Assembly (NCBI GenBank): GCA_949358305.1
Contig: OX442314.1
Span: 25,854,001-25,918,000 of the forward strand
Origin: Strigamia acuminata
Lineage: Eukaryota
Reading direction: 5' to 3'
DNA length: 64,000 bases
This document shows, in pieces, positions 59,446-64,000 of the stretch; positions within the stretch are counted from its first letter, which is position 1; each line of letters starts with the position of its first letter. The notes below the pieces were generated by a model. The model had not been told where the DNA came from. It saw only the letters and a list, made by a program, of their open reading frames with translations, and searched no databases. Made by a program: the position numbers and the translations under genes.

Positions 59446-60101
59446 ATTTGCCTTCAAGATTCAAAAAGTAACAAGAATAATTTAGTGTATACATTCCGAG
59501 CAACATTCGAAAATGTAATAAAAAAAGAGATAGTTATTTACCTGTATTTACCAGACTGAATTTCTGTGTACAATGAGTGTACGGTATATGATATGCTGCC
59601 TATTCCGACGAGTTTAAATAGGATTATTTTTCCACTCGTTAATTGAGCTATAGCTAATCAGTGCAGCATGAAAGTACTTATAAATACATTAAGTGAAATC
59701 ATTACAGTGTATTTCTAATGAGAAATACATTAAACTAAATGGCATTAAAACACACCTGCATTAACTGTAATGTATTTCTAATGAGAAATACATTAAACTA
59801 AATCGCATTAAAACACACCTGTAATGATTTCAGTTAATGTGTTTATAAGTACTTTCATGCTGCACTGATTAGCTATAGCTCAATTAACGAGTGGAAAAAT
59901 AATCCTATTTAAACTCGTCGGAATAGGCAGCACATCATATACCGTACACTCATTGTACACAGAAATTCAGTGCCAACGTTGATCTTCAACTCGAAATACA
60001 GGTAAATAACCATCTCTTTTATTTTTTATTACATTTTTGAATGTTGCTCGGAATGTATACACTAAATTATTCTTGTTACTTTTTGAATCTTGAAGGCAAA
60101 T

Positions 60102-61249
60102 ATGAACAAGTGTTCTATTCTTCTGATGGCAATTGGTTTGATGCTGCTCGCCCAAAATGTTACGCCGTCGGCAATCTCGAAACTAGGTAACTAAAATCGA
60201 TTTTTAACTTTGCAATTATTATAACAGTGGAGATATCTCAGTTAACTAAATTTGTCACATTTATGTTCCACAGTTATTTATGCATTCAATTTGTAGCTCC
60301 TGTGATGTCTTTTAGCTCAGTAGTGATGTTAAAAGGAACAGAAACAGAATAGAATAAAATCACATCACTATTGCAGAGTGTTTGCTTATACAATTATTAA
60401 TGTCAACTCAATGAGCGCAGGGCCGGGCTAGCTGGAGGTTTACGGGTCCTGCGGATAAAGTCGTCATTAGTGGGGGCTCAAAATCGAAAAACCATATAAC
60501 TTTATTAAACACAATTTAGAAATTTGAAATTTGAAAGTTCGGGACCTGCGTCGGAGGCCCGAAAAAACGACGTCTGAATGAGAATCATAAAAGTTGCTTT
60601 TTATTTAAAAATTTAATGACAAAAATATCCACTGTGCTCTTATTTGTTGTGCATAGTAGCAATGCATACTTATTATATTTTTGAAATTCTCTTTTCAGAA
60701 GAAATACGGGACATTGGAGAGATGTCTAAGCGCAGGTAAATTGGTATAAAGCTATTTCATCAATTCAAATTCTCGAGCCGTTTCGTCACTGCGCCGAACC
60801 GTTGACATCGCATCGGCTCGTTGCCGATTCGGTCCGAGTTCAAAATAGTAACGAAACACATCGGTTCCAGCTCAGTTAGTGGTTAATTCCTTCCGTTTTT
60901 ATGAAAGCTTTGGAACAGACCAAATACTAGCCCGATCCAACCCAAGTTTATAAACATAAACGTTGGCACACCATTTTATTCTTATGGGCTTGGTCACGGA
61001 GAGAAGCAAACCGGGTGTTTAGATTTATTTTTCAATGTATGAACAGAAGGCGTGGGAGCGTTTGGGTGTGCTACACTGTCACAGCCGCACACTAATCTAT
61101 CTTACACTAATTTTACTCGTTTGCTTTCTAGTTGTACTGCATACGGTAAAGGTTGCGCAAGTAGCTCGGAATGTTGTTCGCCTTATATTTGCAAACTAAA
61201 AATGCTTGGTTACGGATGTTATGCAAAAGGACTAAACACGGGCAAGTAA
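60102..61249 (+). CDS. ICK/knottin prepropeptide, copy 4
   Basis: Same three exons as copy 2. Confidence 0.85.
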
Positions 61250-61649
61250 TGGATGAACAAACGAAGCAATTACTTAGAGTAAAAAAGCTTTTTACTAGAA
61301 CTTGGAATTTCTGAATAAACCATGTAATCAATTTCAGTGCATTTCAATGTTTTATTCTTGCAAGCCAATGGCTGTATTTACCTTAAGTTCCACAGCTTCT
61401 TTTCTCACTTTCACTCATATATTAATATACAACAGTCAGAACACAAAAGAAAAATTGCAGGAAAGTAAAAGTCTCATAATCACAGTTTCCATGTCCTAGT
61501 GCAGATTTAAGTGAAGGTCCAATTTTCGGATGATTTTGAACATTTAGTCAAGGCGTGGGACTCTACAGTATATTTTATCGAAGGCGTTGGGAGCTCCAAG
61601 GTTGAACGACGTTATTAGGTTTGGCCACTTCGGCGAAATGATAGGGTAG

Positions 61650-61880
61650 AATATTTTCGACCCGGATCCCTTTCGACCGGGATTCTTTTCGACTGGATTT
61701 TACTCACCGGATTTTTTTCGACTGGATTTTGTTCGACCGAGAATCTTTTCGACCAGGAATGTTTGCGACCAGTAAATATTTCGACCGGATTCCTTTCGAC
61801 CAGGAATCCACTCGACCAGTAATCTTTGCGACCAGGATTCATCTCGACTAGGATTTTTTTCTACCGGACATTTTTCGACT
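61650..61880. repeat. Degenerate tandem repeat of about 15-16 bp (TTTCGACCGGAT-like)
   Basis: More than ten units visible. Confidence 0.8.
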
Positions 61881-62619
61881 TCAACAATAATATTGTCACG
61901 CATTAGATACGTATTGTGTACATGACAGTGTGTATTGTTCAATCCAACACTAATAAATATAATTAAAACACGAAAATAACAAATAACTAATAAAAACTTG
62001 TGACGATTACCTTCTGGAGATAGCAATTGCTAAACTAAAGTGTGAACTATCCGTGTGAAAATGTAAAATATGCAAACCTGATGTTTTCTCAAAACATATA
62101 ACATTTATTCCGGTTTGAACCTTATATAAATACTATGCCTACAAGTGGCTAAAATGACGATAAGTTAAACTATACAGTTATTTGGCAAAAGCCCTGAAAT
62201 AATATCATTTGAAGGCTTCAGTCATGCAATAAGAATTTGTAACGGTCTTATTGCTGTGACGTAAAAGATGTCATCTATGAATGGCTTTGGCTTCTAAATG
62301 GTCCGGGGTTTGGTTCTAAAAGGCGTGTAAATGGTTAGGCTGGGTGGGTTATATCCGAGAGGTGCGGTTGACTTTTCTGTATCGTCACACACATCGCGTC
62401 GCAGATAATTATTGTAATCAATAATTATTGCGAGATGTAACAATGTGAGAATAAATATTCATATTAATTCTATGGAATTGATCATGATATTTTATAGTCA
62501 CAAACTTAACTAAAACTATGAAAATAAGTAAAATATATTAAAATAGCGCCGAGCTATTTTTGCCCCGAGTGCAATCAACATCTAAGTTAGACTTAAATGT
62601 TCCGTCAAACCAATAACGA

Positions 62620-63040
62620 ATTGAATCGAAATATCTCGCAGGAAAGGTTATCCATCGCCGGGAAATTACTCCACTCGGTCCTGGCTGGCGGGAGAGTAAC
62701 CGGGAAATTACTCCGCGTCGATCACTCTGATAATGCGTCTGTGAAATATAAATACTCCACTCTAGATTCTACATTACCAATGCGTCTGTGAATTTTACTC
62801 CACTCTAGATTCTGCACTCTACAACGGAATGTTGGCATGAAGCTGGAGGGAGTGCGTCTGTGGGTTGTACCCCACTCTAGATACTACACTTAAATGTGTC
62901 TGTGAATCTCTCCACTCTAGTTACTACATTTCTACAACGGAATGTTGGCATGAAGAGGCGGGAAGTGTGTCTGTGAGTCTTCTACCCACTCTAGATACTT
63001 ACACTAAATACAAAGTATTTCTACAACGGATTGTCGGAAC
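62620..63040. repeat. Degenerate minisatellite (GCGTCTGTGA..CTCCACTCTAGAT)
   Basis: Recurring motifs. Confidence 0.6.
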
Positions 63041-64000
63041 GCAGAGAAGTATAATATGTGCTCAAGTAATATCAGTATCAAACAAAAACAGAACAAGAGC
63101 GAGCTATATCCGTTTTGCAGGGGGATATATACTCGGTGAGGAGAATAGCTGTTCAGTGATCCAATGGGATCACTGGGCAGTCAAATCCATCCAATCCCAG
63201 ATCATAGGAAGTGGATACTCAGGACATAGTCTTCTACTAGGTCCACTACAGGAACTGGATACGCAGGACACATTTTGGATTAAGTCCCTTTGACTATAAT
63301 CCAAAAGGAGTCCAACTCACAGTGGGTGATGGGGGGTGACTTCACCAGGTGTAGAGTTTGCACATAATTCAATAGAATTATGTGACAAATAAATCAACTA
63401 ATATTTAAACATCCAAAAGTATTTAAAAGTGTCTAAAGTCGCAGTGGAATAAAATATAAATAGTAATTTATATTTTATTCACTCAAAAATTGTCGAAATT
63501 TGAAATTACCGCTAAAACGTACCAGCGCCATCTATCGGTGAAATGTTCGTCCTATATTAACAAAGTGTTTGACAGTGTAACCGTCACAAGTCCCCCTTAA
63601 ATATATGTTAATACCTGTATTAACATACTATTTATTCCGAATATCTTGAGGATCAAGACCACACTGTCATCTCTGGAACTGGAGCTGTAATCCTTGGTAA
63701 GTAAAAACCTTTATTTTATATCTTAATAGTATAAATAAAGCGTATTTCTTAATCAAATGCTTCAAAAAATATTTATTAGGATTATAAAACTCTCAATTAT
63801 TAATAATAATTCCAATCTCTCTTTACAGGTGGACTTACAACTGCATCAAGAAAAGGCGATAACTTAAACTAACACCAAACTCTTGTATCAAACAAATGAT
63901 TAATAAAATTTAACAATTATTTTCACAAAACGTAACTTCTCACTGGAAATATAATGATTTGCAAAATAACACTTTACACGTTAAAATTCAAGTATTAAAA

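Larger units (their letters stand above)
57266..61640. repeat. Segmental duplicate: large palindrome copy 2, without the BEL and copia insertions
   Basis: Colinear with 31488-32229, 37583-40967 and 45731-45968; ends inside the start of the P-type MITE. Confidence 0.92.

Overview
Eukaryotic (invertebrate-like, short AT-rich GT-AG introns) genomic DNA in two very different halves. (1) About 0.8-31.5 kb is a CpG-rich, (TTTA)n-studded island. It carries about 19 co-oriented, minus-strand, snRNA-gene-like cassettes: a conserved upstream PSE-position motif, conserved RNA hairpins with minus-strand G-U pairs and a C(UUCG)G loop, a 3'-box-like GTYCCAAAAATAAG, and variable internal segments. One variable segment is a C2H2 zinc-finger linker fragment. 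Between the cassettes are small genes: an intronless thymidine kinase, a catalytically dead retropepsin-like protein, two coiled-coil paralogues, a two-zinc-finger protein, a WG-motif protein, an RG-repeat protein and a mosaic of HSP90 fragments. No transposase, capsid, polymerase or nuclease gene is visible for this island. (2) About 31.5-64 kb is TE-rich. It holds two copies of a large palindrome, each with two divergent three-exon ICK/knottin prepropeptide genes. The first copy is interrupted by a BEL/Pao element, an intact Ty1/copia element and a P-type MITE. This half also contains a truncated Ty3/gypsy element, several MITEs and a disrupted amino-acid transporter gene. Gene models and RNA folds were read by eye; no database searches were run.
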